This document shows, one piece after another, positions 51,072 through 63,770 of a stretch of 64,000 bases of DNA (position 1 is its first letter; every line of letters starts with the position of its first letter). The notes under the pieces are model-generated. The model had not been told where the DNA came from and did not search any database. It saw only the letters and a program-made list of their open reading frames with translations. The stretch is from Gracilinanus agilis (lineage: Eukaryota). Made by a program: the position numbers and the translations under genes. The stretch lies in contig NC_058130.1 of NCBI RefSeq assembly GCF_016433145.1, positions 278,318,566 through 278,382,565 of the forward strand, given 5' to 3'.

Positions 51072-52390
51072 CTGTAGTCAGATAGTTGAGAGAGAGACAA
51101 AGAGGAAGCTATTAGTTGTAGAAAAGCTTTAGTCCTTCAACTCTTTGGGGGAGAGGATTTTCCCCTCTGCTATTTCCATCACCAATGGCTTATAGCAACA
51201 GAGTTACTTGCCCAGAAGGAGATACCTTATCCAGTAATTATAGAAAACTCATAAGAGTTTAAGGTACTGCAGTGGAAGCAATTGATACACATTTTAGATA
51301 GATAGGAGTAAAGAGAAGTCACTCAAGGCCAGGCCTAACTTCAGGGAGCATGATCTATGAAAGCTGTGGGGGAAAATAGGAACCACAATTATTTTACTAC
51401 ATTTTAATTGACTAATACTATAGAAATGTCCCAGCCACTTGGTGCCTCTTATTTACACAGTAACATACACAATAAAATGGATGATCTGATCTAATGTTCT
51501 AACACCTACTCCCTGTCCTTGTTTAAGAAATTCTGTGTTCTGCTTAAATGGGCTTTATTCACAATTGAAAAGCATTTGGTTTCTTCCTCTCTTCTTCTAC
51601 CCTTTAATAGTGATTGTTTTTTCATTCTGATAATAAATCCTGCCATTTGCATTCCAAATACTCTCTTTTTCTCTCTTGACTGATCCCCCCCTCTTTCTCT
51701 ACCCTTCCTTCTGTGAAATGTTTTACTTATCTATCCTAAATTGCTACAGAATGCTGCTGATTGTGTATTCAAAGTGGACCTGAAAGGTTATAAACAAAAT
51801 CTATATCCAGGGAATCTGAATCTGTTGTCAGCAAAAGCAAATTCTGCAGCATTCTTATACATTTTTTGGCTCTCTGTTTGGTTTATTATAGACCACCTTC
51901 CTAGGTATGCCTCTCCCAAGTAGGTGAGAAGATTCTTCAGTATAGCAAAAAAGATAATTGGCTATAAACTCAAGAGATAGACAGCTTTGGAAAAAATCTA
52001 GAATTCATTTTCAGAGCCCCTGGGAGCTGAGTGTAGCAACCTAACCAACAGAGATGTGAATGCAGGGGAAGTTTTGAGTGCTGCACCAGAGAGTAAGAAC
52101 CTTGAGGCCTGAAAGTATTAGAGAAGTGAATAGTGTTGGTTACATGAGTTCCTTATAAATTTACCTTTCTGTAATGGTTCTTTAAGTCTGTGTGCTTACT
52201 TACTCCAAGGGTACTGATTGAATAAGAATGTGTCCTGAGTTTCTGCAGTTGTTAGCAAGGGTGGTGATAGACTAGGTGGTTGGTTTTTTTAGCTACTGCT
52301 CTAGCTAAACCCAAATCCTTTGTCTTTAAGGGACATTTGTATCTAATGGTTAATAATTAATTGGAAATCCACTGTCAGAATTGATTTGTG
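51072..52390. mobile_element. Degenerate LTR-like sequence, possibly two pieces
   Basis: Starts TGTAGTCAG; composition and style resemble the other opossum LTRs here. No TSD seen. Confidence 0.4.
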
Positions 52391-52999
52391 ATGTAGAACT
52401 ATGGGAACCTGGACCCATAGATACCCTAGTATCTGAGGTGGCAGCTACCTTCTAACAATCCACTGGTATGAATTAAAATTGGATTGCTACTTTCTTATGT
52501 GTGTGAAGATTTATGGATATGTATTTAAATATCTATCTGCCTAGAACAGATATTATACACTTGTCTTTAGAGACTGTAACTATGTGTGTATATACATATA
52601 GATGCACACATACACACACATTTAATATTCTGATTATGCCTGTATTTATTGTAGAAGTTTTCATTTTGTTACCATTACATTTTATGTCTGAGATAAATTG
52701 CACTGCAGCATAAACACTGCTAGTTGTTTTTTTGTTTGTTTTTTATGGCTGAGATCATTTTGTTTTAGGGTGTGCCCTGTTTTATTTAAACTATTTCCAG
52801 GCATCATTTCCTTGGTATGAACATCATCCTTGTATATGCTGATCAGAAAGTTGAATTTAAATGAATTGAACTTGCCATTAAAACATTACGTTCTTTGAAA
52901 ATAAGCATATGACATTTTTGTATTTTATGTACTGAGTGTTTGGATATAGATAAAGTCATGGGAAATGGAGGAGATTGCCTTGGGAATGGGGATAAAGGT

Positions 53000-53300
53000 A
53001 TAACTGTTTGTTAAGCACCTGCCATGTGCCAGGTGCCATGCTAAGCACTTTACAAATATCTCATTTGATCCTCACAAGAGCCCTATTATGATTCACATTG
53101 TATAACTGAAGAAACTGAGGTAAATAGAGATAACATGACTTACCCATGGTCATATAACCAGTAACCTAGGGTCATGTCATAGGGTCATTCTACACATATT
53201 TATGAAGTGTTTCCTATGTGCCACATACTGTGCTAAGTACTGGCGATCTCAAGAATACAAAAACTTGGTCCCTGATTCTACAGAGCTTATGTTCTAATGG
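53000..53300 (-). mobile_element. MIR followed by an L2 fragment
   Basis: AAGCACCTGCCATGTGCCAGGTGCCATGCTAAGCACTTTACAAATATCTCATTTGATCCTCACAA...GAAACTGAGG. Confidence 0.75.
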
Positions 53301-53573
53301 GGAAGACAATGCATGCATGTGTGCATGTGTGTTTATATATTTATATAAACCCCTAAAAAATGATAGATTGTTGCGTAATTTCTAACTGCAGAAATACAAA
53401 TAAGGAAAACTAAGTCTCTAAGCCAAAAAGAAATGGTTTATTGCAAGAGGGCTCATCTCAAAATAAAGCCGGACTTTTGGTTAAGAGCAAAAGACCCAGA
53501 GCATTGTAAGAAACCTTCCTATATACCCCAAAGAATATTACAACTTTCATATCAAGTTAAAAATAATCCAAGA

Positions 53574-53720
53574 TCTGATCAAGGAGACATGTAAAACCCA
53601 GGGGAATTGCTCCTTGGCTATGGGAGCAGGGATGATAGGAGGGGAAGGAAAGAACATGATTCATGTAACCATGGAAAAATATGCTAAATTAGTTAAATAA
53701 ATAAACTTAAATTTTAAAAA
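53574..53720 (+). mobile_element. 5'-truncated L1 3' end
   Basis: GACATGTAAAACCCAGGGGAATTGCTCCTTGGC...CATGATTCATGTAACCATGGAAAAAT plus A-rich tail; TSD AATCCAAGA at 53565-53573 and 53721-53729. Confidence 0.85.
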
Positions 53721-54020
53721 AATCCAAGACCATGTTAAAAATAGAGCAGGACATACTTCTCATTGGTAGAAGAAGTCAATTGATGATAACTTGAAAGTCA
53801 CTTGATAGACAAAGGAGTAGATAGTGATGCAAAAGATAAGAGTGGGTGGTGTTGGTTGGTACCAGGCTTTGAACCCAAGGTCAGGCCTAGTGACATATAT
53901 TGGATGACAAGTTCAAAACCATAATTATTGCTGATGGTGCATGATGTAGCAAAACTAAGGCTATGCTAACAATGATTAAATATATCTTAATTCAGTCATA
54001 CTTAATTCAACCTTAATACT

Positions 54021-54679
54021 TGTAAGGGGTTTTGAGGGTTTTGATTGGGTGAATATTAAAAGGTTTGGTCTCCAGGGAATTGAACAATATTTTTTATTTA
54101 CAAATGAAAAGAGAGAGAGAAAGTAAGAAAATTAGAGAGAGAGGATAAGGCAAGATAATTAACCTGACACACTAAATAATTTGCTCCGGTCCTTGGTTTA
54201 GCCCAAACAGATCTAACTAGTTCTCAGGCCGAGACTGGGAATGAATGAAGCAGAGGCTTCAGTCACAGAGCTCCTCTTGAAAAGAGAGTTCCTTCAGAGA
54301 AATCCAGGAAAATTTAGTCTTTACACTCACCATATGTAATTCCAAGGAAGAGATTTAAGAACAGTCTCACCAAGGTCTCAGGGTCCCAGGCCCAGTGCTC
54401 CTTCAAGTCCAAGTGAGGAACAAGAAGAAGCTGAACTCACTGAACTCTCTTTTAAAGGGACTTCTTTTGCATCAATTCCTGTGCCTTCCTCTTAGTTTAT
54501 GTGTCCAATCACAACAGATGTATTTCTTAGGACTGCCCAGGAGATAGTAAATTTTGATTTGTCACTCACTCTAGCACACGTGGGTTACAGACCTCCCAAC
54601 TTGTGAATTAAGTGGGGATGTTCTCATCTTTGGTGATTAGATTAAGGATGGGCAGAGCAGATTTAATTTCATTATCACA
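54021..54679 (-). mobile_element. Solo ERV LTR (inner, class I-like)
   Basis: TG...CA termini with a 4-bp TSD TACT at 54017-54020 and 54680-54683. Confidence 0.88.
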
Positions 54680-55939
54680 TACTTATACTAAAGTAATCAC
54701 AAAAGGCCTATTAAAATCATGACTTAAATAAGACTACTTCTAACATTAAAATTGAATCCTCATATTAGTGGGTAGAGAATTTTTCATTCACAGATAGTAA
54801 AAATTGAAGTTGAACAATAGGAAAGCCTGTGTTTTTAAAAAAAATATGTTACTAATGTTCATATTTTGATGTCATCTTTTCATGTCATGTAGGTATTTAT
54901 TTTGTGATATCTAGAGTTGCATAATGATAGTGAAGACTGATTGCCTTTAATGTTCACAGTGACATACAAAGAGAACAATTTTCAAAGGCAAGAGAATGCA
55001 TTTTTTGCTTAGGGCATGTGAAAGACAGGTCTTGGTTCTGAAGGAGTAGAAAATCTCAGCCTCTCTTTTTATTCAACCCATACTAAAACTGGTAAGAGGA
55101 AGTATAGTACAGAGGAAAGAGCACAGGCCCTGAAACTTTACTTGTATGACCTTGTACAAGTTACTTCTCAGTTTCTTCAACATCAAGATGAAAGGGTTAG
55201 ACAGGATGGTCTCAGTCTATGATCTTATGCAAAGGGAATTTAAATCAAAATATATATTATGCTAATATTATGTTAGATACTAGAAAAATGAAAAAAAAAC
55301 CTTAATTCACAGTTGTTTTACTATCTAAGCATAAGAAAATGATGGAAAATATTAATAATGATGATTAAGTTTAAAAAGTGAGACAGGCATTTTTTGAGAG
55401 CTAATTGTTCAACAGTTACAACAGAGGGAAACCCACTCAGTATATTCTTGAGGCATCCTGTTCCATTTTGGGATAGTTCTAATGTTTTAATTTTCTCCCC
55501 TTACATGAAGGCTAAAATTGCCCGTCTGCAATTTTCACTTATTTCTGCTAAATTTACTCTTTGAGGCCAAGCAGAACAAGACTAAATCCTTTTCCATTTG
55601 CTAGTAGCTCTCTAATAAATGTTTTCTGAATGAATAAAAGAAGATTAAGTAAAATGGCATTTACCAGAAATCATTTAATGCAGGAGGATTGTGTCTCCCC
55701 TTTGTCTGTTCCCATGCATTGACCCTTCAAATTTCTGAGGACCTGATTATCATAGTAGCTTTCTGGAATTGAAGAAATCTTGCTAGGGAAGCATATTTTG
55801 TCTTATTAGTCTTGCAGCTCTGATTCCTAAAATTCTCATGAAAATGAAAGCAATTTTTCATGGTAGAATTTTTTTTGGAATTTATGATTTAATACTATGA
55901 TATGTATGACTGAATCTTTTAAAAAATTTTAAGTAACAG

Positions 55940-56150
55940 CAGCTTAGCTAGTAGATAGAGTTCTGGCCTTGGAGTTGGAAATACTTGATTACAAATCTCT
56001 CAGACATGAATTGTGTGATCCTAAACAACTCATTTAACCACTTTTTCTGCAAAATAAGGATAAAAATAACATTTATCTTTCAGGGTTGTAGGGAGTTTGT
56101 CGGATAACACATACATACTTTGCAATGCTATAAATGTTAGCTGTTATTTT
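55940..56150 (+). mobile_element. MIR
   Basis: GATAGAGTTCTGGCCTTGGAGTTGGAA...TGTGTGATCC...CTCATTTAACC...GCAAAATAAGGATAA. Confidence 0.7.
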
Positions 56151-56349
56151 ATTATAAACTTCTCAAAATTTAATTTAATTTTGTTTTTTTATTTATATGG
56201 CAAACAATAATAGAAAAATGTGATGAGACAGCAGATTAAATTTAGAAAATTTGCATTTTTTCCTTCTCAGAGTATAATTCCATCAAAATCATGAACATTA
56301 TTAAAGCAGGATATATAAGGAATTGGGGTTTGTGACTTTTGCTAGAATA

Positions 56350-56560
56350 ATAATAGTTCTCTAAGATTTTTAAGTGCTTTGCAAATATGATCTCATTTGA
56401 ACCTCATAACAATCCTGGTGGATAGGTTATTATCCTCATTTTACATATGAAGACATTGAAGCAAACAGAAATTAACTGACTTGCTTGTTATTATACAGCT
56501 CCCAAGTACCTCCAGCAGGATTTAAACTGAGGTTTTCCTAATTTTAAGTCCAATGTTTCC
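56350..56560 (-). mobile_element. MIR
   Basis: AAGTGCTTTGCAAATATGATCTCATTTGAACCTCATAACAATCCTG...TTATCCTCATTTTACATATGAAG. Confidence 0.8.
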
Positions 56561-57014
56561 TCCATGGTATCTTCTAACTTTTTTCATTGCCTTTAATAGA
56601 GTATTCTGAAAAATAATGGAATTTATATAATTATCAGTAGTTCTATGGTGTTATATATATACACATATGTTTAAACAACTATAGAAGTGTATATGTATAC
56701 ATGAAATAGGGGTACAGACTTCCCTCTGGACACCCCAAACTCCAGAAATATTCTAGATAAAAAGGGGACATAAGGAATTCTTTTCTAGGAGCATCCACCC
56801 TCCTCCTGCTATCCTACCTTTGGACTTTTCCCTAGATCTTCAATTAACAGTTTTAAAAGAATATATAAATATAAGTTAATCTCTGAGAAACCAGTAAGTG
56901 TTTTGGGCAACTGCCACTCACAGATTAAATTCACAAAGAAGGATAGGGTATCAGAGCCTGAGCAAATTTGATAACCCTTTCACTAAAGGAATGACAGTTG
57001 GAATTACTGGTCTC

Positions 57015-57765
57015 TGTCACAAACCAGGGAGTATACAAAGATTAACTATTCACACTCTATGGGTTCTTTGAGGTGAGAGGAAACAAACAGAAAGGTAATA
57101 AAAATAGTTTAATTAGATAAACTTTGGTTTATCTAATTATTTGAAGAAAGGCAAAGGGATGTCTATTCTAACAACCTATGGACAAGTCTCTGGGTCAGGG
57201 AAGGAAGTTATCTACACTAAGCTAAAGGCTATATCAAGGCACAGCTGGACTATCAGGGATGAAAGTGGGATCCTCACTGCTGAGTCCTGTCCAAATCCAG
57301 CAATGATACAGCTTTCCCAGGTCCTCAGCCAGTAATCGCTGAGATGGGTAATATTAGGGAGTTAAACCAGCCTGAGATCACCAGCAGCCTAGGTTAGGTT
57401 TGACATTCTTGACCTAACTTCCCACAAGCAGATGATTCTTCCTTAAGGATATAAACTTCACTTTCCCTGAGGCCTCCCACTGAGTCAGTTGATCAGCAGC
57501 AACTTGCACTCAGCCAACATGGAGTCCATCCCAGGAGAGAGAACCTCTTCCTGCTTCCCCATTCCATTTAGAATTTTCCAGCCTTGCTTGATAAGCCTCC
57601 TAATAATACCTAATCTTAAACATTTAAACCCTACCTTATTAATTTATCTACGACAACAGATATGTGCTTCCTAGTTCCACTCTGATTAGCATTGGGTAGT
57701 ACCTAATCAAATTACCATTTGAATCCACAGATCATTCTTTATACCCCCATACTCAGTGAATTACA
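57015..57765 (-). mobile_element. Solo ERV LTR
   Basis: TG...CA termini (TGTCACAAAC / GAATTACA). Orientation is inferred from the T-rich terminal segment on the minus strand. Confidence 0.75.
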
Positions 57766-57899
57766 TCATTCCTGATTCACCTCATCTCCATTTTTATCAT
57801 CCTATAACCACAACAGTGAAAGGGGCACAAAATCCCCATACTTCATCTCCCTGGAGAGACAGTGTTTGACTTGTAAACTTATCTCCCAGCCTTTCAACA

Positions 57900-58830
57900 T
57901 GACTTCCAAATTAATATATTTCTCTTTTTATTTTTAAGCTAAGTTCTGGAGTCTTGTATTCTTGCAAAGAGTAATCTGTCCTGATCCTTGGGTTTTTACC
58001 TCAAAGTTCTCCCACAACATACACTCACATGTATTTGATAACCATACATGTTTATATTAAGGTTTTTATTCACATAAGTATCTACACACATGTGCATGCA
58101 CATGTGTGTACATATATACACATCTTGATTTGGGGAATTTTCTCTGGTTGCTTCCCATATAAAACAATGTCTAGATAATTTCCATTTATCAGTTTTCTTT
58201 CTGGAGGTGGATATACACAAGTCATTCTTCAAATAGTATTTCTGTTGCTATATATATAGAGTTCTCTTGGTTCTGCTCATTTCATTATTCATAATTTCAT
58301 GTAGATCTTTCCATGTTCTTTTAAAAATTAATTTACTTGTCATTTCCTATTGTGCATTAGTATTCCATCACAATCATATGCCACAACCTGTTTAACCATT
58401 CCCCAGCTGATGGGGAATGTTCAGTTCTTTGCCACCACAAAGAGAACTACTTTATCTTTAGAACATAATCACCTTAGAAAACAAACCTAATAATGGTTTT
58501 GGTGGATCAAAGGGTATACACAATTCTGTAATTCTTTGAGTATGCTCTTCAAAATGGTTTAATCAGTTCACAGTTCCACTCACAGAGTTTTAGTGTCCCC
58601 ATTTTTCCACATTCCTCCAATATTTGTAATTTGTAATTTTGTCCTTTTACCATCTCAGCCAATCTGATAGGTGTGAGATAATATCTGAGTTCTTTTAATT
58701 TTCATTTCTATAGTCAATAATGATTGAGAGCATTTTTTCATATGGCTATATATAGCTTTGATTTCTTCATTCAAAAATTGTTCATATCTTTTGACATTTA
58801 TCAATTGAAGAATCTTATTCTTCTATGAAA
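57900..58830 (-). mobile_element. L1 ORF2 C-terminus / 3'UTR fragment
   Basis: AGCCAATCTGATAGGTGTGAGA, TTTAACCATTCCCCAGCTGATGGG, CAGTTCACAGTTCCAC are reverse-strand L1 3' sequence. Confidence 0.88.
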
Positions 58831-58834
58831 TTAT

Positions 58835-59460
58835 AAAGGTTTTGCACAAATAAATCTAATAAACCTAAGATAAAAAAAACTGGGAAAAATCTTTTCAATG
58901 ATTTTCTTTGATAAAGTTCTCATTTCTAAGATTCATAGCAAACTGATTCAAATTTATTTTAAAAATGACTAGAAATATGGGTCAAATACAGTAAGCTGAA
59001 CTCTAATAGGGGTCAAAGAATAAACATTTATTAAGCCAGTCAATGACCTAAACTGGAAAAAGAAAAAGAGGCAAATGTTAAGTGCAGAGATAGCATGAAA
59101 ATACAAAACAAGTTACATACACAATAAATAGGAATAAATGAAAAGTCTTGCCTATAGATTAAAAAAATTAGCTTCAATAGTACAACATGGGAGAAGTATA
59201 ACAAGGCAACCATTTGGTAGAAAATCATATATAAGTTTCTTATTCTAATTGATTTTTTGCCCAAGGCTATGAACAAATAGTTTTCAAAAAGAAACCCAAG
59301 ATATCTATAGTTATATGAGAAAAATTTCCAAAGTACTATTATTCAGAGACATGTAAATTAAAGAAATTCTATGATTGTACCTCCCACCTATCACAATGGC
59401 AAAGATGTCAAAAAGAGAAAATGATAAATATTGGAAGGACTGTGGAAAAAGAGAGGCTCC
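58835..59460 (+). mobile_element. Older L1 ORF2 C-terminal fragment (interrupted at ~58970-59240)
   Basis: AAAGGTTTTGCACAAATAAATC..., GAAAATGATAAATATTGGAAGGACTGTGGAAAA. Confidence 0.75.
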
Positions 59461-59489
59461 TTTTTTGAATCACCCTTTTATTAATCAGT

Positions 59490-59960
59490 TTACAAAAAGC
59501 TAAGAAGGATAGTTAATACACATTAAATGACAGAGTTGGGAACCAAAAAGATCTAGTAGACTAAAATTAAGGATCAAATGTTATATTTATATATAATATA
59601 TATGTAAAATTTATATATATTATATAAATGTCTAATAGCAATAATATGAAGTCTTATCTACAAAATAAAAATTAATGTTTAATAATTCAGCATAAGCAAA
59701 GTATAGCAAAGTTGTTAACAGTTGGAGTGAAAAAGAAATGGATGTTTCAGTAGACCATATGCTCAAATGCACAACATCCAAGAAAGCTAATGTTATCTGA
59801 AGCTACCCAGAGAGGCATCTTCTCCAAAATTACCTCTCCTCCAAAATTACAAAGATGACATTTGTAATACTCTATTCAGTTGGAGGTCATATATGTTAAG
59901 ATGGGCATTGATAAGTACATCTAAAAAAATTAGTCAGAATTGAGAGGGAAATGAATACAA
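59490..59960 (+). mobile_element. CR1/L3 fragments
   Basis: GTGAAAAAGAAATGGATGTTTCAGTAGACCA...CCAAGAAAGCTAATGTTATCTG resembles the CR1 RT C-terminus. Confidence 0.55.
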
Positions 59961-62319
59961 AAAGATACAATGAAGGATGGCAAAGGAAAACGTGGACTTG
60001 AAGTCTTTAGACTTTAAGTCACTATAGAAGTGATTTTTGAACACTTACTTTTGAAATTTCTTCTGAGATTTTGTGACTCTATTCTCTTCTTTAAATAAAG
60101 ATATTACTTATAATAATAGAAATGGATTATACCAAGATAGTATTAGTGTATCTGGTGATGGATCAACTTCATACAGATGTAGTACATAAACTTGAAGAAA
60201 TCATTCTTTTCATTTTATCTAAGATAAAAGAACAGCAGGATTGAATAATCAAGGCAGTATCAAGTATTATTTTCACTGTTAGTTGATCAGGTTTCCATTT
60301 CCTTGACATAATAATATCAAATAATAGCAATAATATGGAACCAGTCTCCAGGTAAACTTACTAGTAAATGTTTTACAATGGGCTCTCTGAATTTTAAAAA
60401 AAAGTACCTATGACACATTCTAAAGTTTAACTTGCATTACTACCATTTTCTCTATCACTTTCTTAAGTCTAGATAATCATCAAAATAATACAATAATTTT
60501 TAGCATTTACTGATTTCCAAAGTGTAAATGCTTACACTGAATATATAACAACCAGCTCTTGAGAACTGTTCAGTCTGGTTCCAGTATATCTCTTTCCTAT
60601 ATCAATGGGATATATGAGTTGCTGAGATAGCATAAACCCACCATAATGGAAGGTTGTTGTAATCTCAAGCACCCTTACTTCAACTTCTGCCTCCTTATGA
60701 ATACTTTCTTCTGTCTTTCTTCATCATTCTTCCAGCTATAATCATCACATTCCTGGGGTGAGCTCTGTCCCTGGTGATGTACAGAAGGGGCATTAATGTT
60801 TCATTATCAAGCCGCATACTTTGTCACTTGTTTTATTTCTCTTGGTTCATGGAGCAAACACTTTCCTTTGCAACATTTTAATTTTTCATTGACCTAAAAG
60901 AACCACTGATATCCCTTCTAAGGATTTATCTCCTTTGTAGTACCTTTGCAAGATGTTTCTATGACTTCATAGAAACATCTTTCAATAAAACCTTAAAGAG
61001 AGAAAATGGAAAGTAAGCTATCTTAAAAGGACTATTTAATTTCTCCAGAACAAATATAATACTGCTTAACTCATTTAAATAATTGGTGGACCTTGAATTA
61101 TATCCACCAAATTCAAGAGAGGTATGATTAGAATCCGCTACATTAAATCCTTTCTTGTGCATTAGATTATCAGAGCTATAATGTGTTTAGCAGATTGGGA
61201 ATGTTAAAGGGTAAATTAGTAGTTGACAAGCTAATGTTTCCTGCTCAACAATACTGAGACTGTTAATTTAGGTGCTAAGCTGCCAGCCTAACCAAAAAAA
61301 TTTTTCAAATGAATTTGCTAGGATATTTAATGATAATTTTGCTCTTCAGTATCTCTTCTTTTAATTGTTAGTTTCATGGCAACAATTCTTTTTCAGTGGT
61401 AGTATGTGCTTCTTGGATATATTATTTTCTTCCTGTTCATAACCCTACTCCTAGAAGAACAGTTGACCTTTATTAAATGTCTGATGAAATGTGTTAGAGT
61501 GAGAGAATAATAATATTTCTATCAGATGTATGTAATCTTCTTTAAAAAAATCAACATTTACTGTGTGATTATTATTCCTATACTTCCATTCCCCTTTATC
61601 ATGTACTCATCTCTCCTTCCTTTTCTCTCTAACTGAAGTCACACTTATCCCATCCCAATGTTGATATGTCCAATTCAAAATGAAGTCAAGTACTATCTGT
61701 ATCTTTTTATTTGTTTTATAGGAAAGACAAGGGAAAAGAAATAAAAGAATGTAAATGTGGTATTGAACAATAGGAGAACAAGCCATATCAATGAACAGAT
61801 GCTATTTGATTGCTAATCGTCATCTGTCTGGCTCATAATGATGTATTGTAGTAAATGTTGTTTGTAAAATGAGTATAAAACATTGTGAACAAAAAAGTTT
61901 TAGATCCAAAAGCTCACATTTATATTAGGTCCTATTCCCTCAGGATAAGATACCACTCTTACTAATTTCCATATGAGGAAGCTAAGTCTCAGAAGGTTAA
62001 GTTTTATAACTAAATTTGCTTTGTTAGGGAGTATTATAGTCAAGATACTAGCCTAAACAGATTTCAATCTTTTGAGGTCACATTAGTTAAATTCGTAATT
62101 GCATATTTCCACTGGGCTGGAGCAATGACCATATTTTACATAATAACACTGAATATTGTAAATCCAACTATTTGGAACCACTTAATAGGTCTTATAACAT
62201 AAATGAATCTGGATCCAGCTGTGTGCAATGTATCCATGATTTATCCAGAATGATTGGGGAGAGAGTTGTGATTGAATTAAGTTTCTTGTTAATTATGAGT
62301 TAGCCAGGAATCATTAAAT

Positions 62320-62460
62320 TAAACAATAGGTATTGATTAAGCATCAGCCATTGGTGCTAGGTATGTGGATACAAAAAAAAAAGGCCCCTGACTTTAAGGA
62401 GCTTACATTCTGTTGGGGAACACAAAATGTACATATGAACAAAATGAACACAAGGTATGG
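62320..62460 (-). mobile_element. L2 3'-end fragment
   Basis: GTATTGATTAAGCA...GGTGCTAGGTATGTGGATACAAAA...CCCTGACTTTAAGGAGCTTACATTCTG. Confidence 0.75.
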
Positions 62461-62559
62461 GGAGTAGTAATTGTGGGGACAATTAGAGGGCAGAAACAGG
62501 ATTAAAACTACATATGTAGGGGTTATGATGCAAGTACGGGAGGAAAATTATAATAGATA

Positions 62560-63307
62560 TCTATATAAAGATGATATTAGTGCAAGGGAGGTGGGACCAG
62601 AGAAGCCAGAGAAGGCAGTTGCTGATAGTTGCTGACAGTTGAGATCAGAGAGAATTCTGGGAATTTCTCCAAGGAAGAGGAGAGAAGAGAGGTCTTTGGG
62701 TGGAGGACTGGGAGGAGAGAAGAGGAGGACAACCCAGCTCAGATCCAGTCCTGAAGGCTTCCTGAGGATCTTTCTTTGGAAATTGAAACCCGATTCCTTG
62801 ATCAAAGCCATTTCATCTCACCCATCAAGACTTCAACCATAGAGTCAGCTAAGTTTTTGGACTCCATTTTGGGAGCGATCTCTTAGTCTCCTCCCATTAC
62901 CCAACCTTGCTGAGAGACCCACCTTTCAGTCAGAACTTACAATTATAGAAAAGGATAGAAACAGAAAAGCATAGAAATAGAAACAGAAGGAGAAGGGGCA
63001 AGGGAAGACTCTTAGGAGTGGGAACACCAAAGGTTTCCTCCTAAGTGACAGACCCCATAGAAATAGAGAGGAGGGCACACCAAAATCCCTCTGTCCTTCA
63101 TCCCTTTCCCCTGTCCCTGAAATTGCAAATAATAAAAGTCATCCATCAGTCAGATAGCATTCCAGAGTGCCTGAGAGACAACAAGGGAGAGGGGAACCAC
63201 AGCTTGGTCTGGCTGCCTCCATTTTGAAGCCAGACCACCTGCTGTGAAATTAGCTGATGGGGGAGGTTTGTGTGAACCCTGTCCTAATTCAGGATCAGAT
63301 TGGGGTT
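62560..63307 (+). mobile_element. Solo ERV LTR (same family as 20199-20928)
   Basis: Shared blocks CAGCTCAGATCCAGTCCTGA, CCATTTTGGGAGCGATCTCTTAG, AATAAAAG, CCAGAGTGCCTGAGAGACAAC. Confidence 0.88.
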
Positions 63308-63770
63308 TGTTATGTGGAGATGGAAAGCATGGAATCCCTGCAAAGATACAGGGACAGCCTCACCCAGAATTCCAGGGGACACCCCCTGGAGAACTTTGGG
63401 TGAGGAGGCAGTTGAGAGGAGTTGACAGTTATTTTCTGGAGGTTGAAGTGAGCAGACACTCTGCTTACTACTCCAGACTTGGGGATCACTTGAGTGGCCA
63501 TTGTGGCATAAGCCATTGTGGTTTCTACATAAGGGTTAGCCTGTTTAATAAGGTTTATCTTTATCAACTTCAATACAACAAATATTTAGTGATTAGAGAG
63601 TAAAATATTCATTAATAGCAAGAGAGCCAGTTTTAATTAAATGCCTCCATCCCCTCTTGTGGGGGGGGGGAAGGGCAGCTTCAACCTAATAGTTCAGGGT
63701 CACCTTTCCTTTTCCAAAACCCTTCATTAACTCCTTTAGTTTTCCTTTTTACTTCATAATATAACCTTTA
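63308..63770 (+). mobile_element. Second LTR abutting or inserted at the end of the previous LTR
   Basis: Starts TGTTATGTGGAG exactly where homology to the 20199 LTR stops; the 3' end is not resolved. Confidence 0.55.

Larger units (their letters stand above)
53369..54745 (-). mobile_element. Solo LTR (outer), interrupted by an L1 3' fragment and a second LTR
   Basis: TG...CA ends (TGTTGCGTAA / TTCTAACA); TTTATT near the left end gives AATAAA on the minus strand. Confidence 0.65.

Noticed and set aside
57900-59460. Back-to-back L1 fragments resembling a twin-priming inversion
   Set aside because: The two arms overlap by ~200 bp or more of L1 sequence and differ in decay, so two independent insertions are more likely.
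20199-63307. Interpreting the two related LTRs as the ends of one provirus
   Set aside because: They are 42 kb apart and too diverged, with no matching internal ERV between them.
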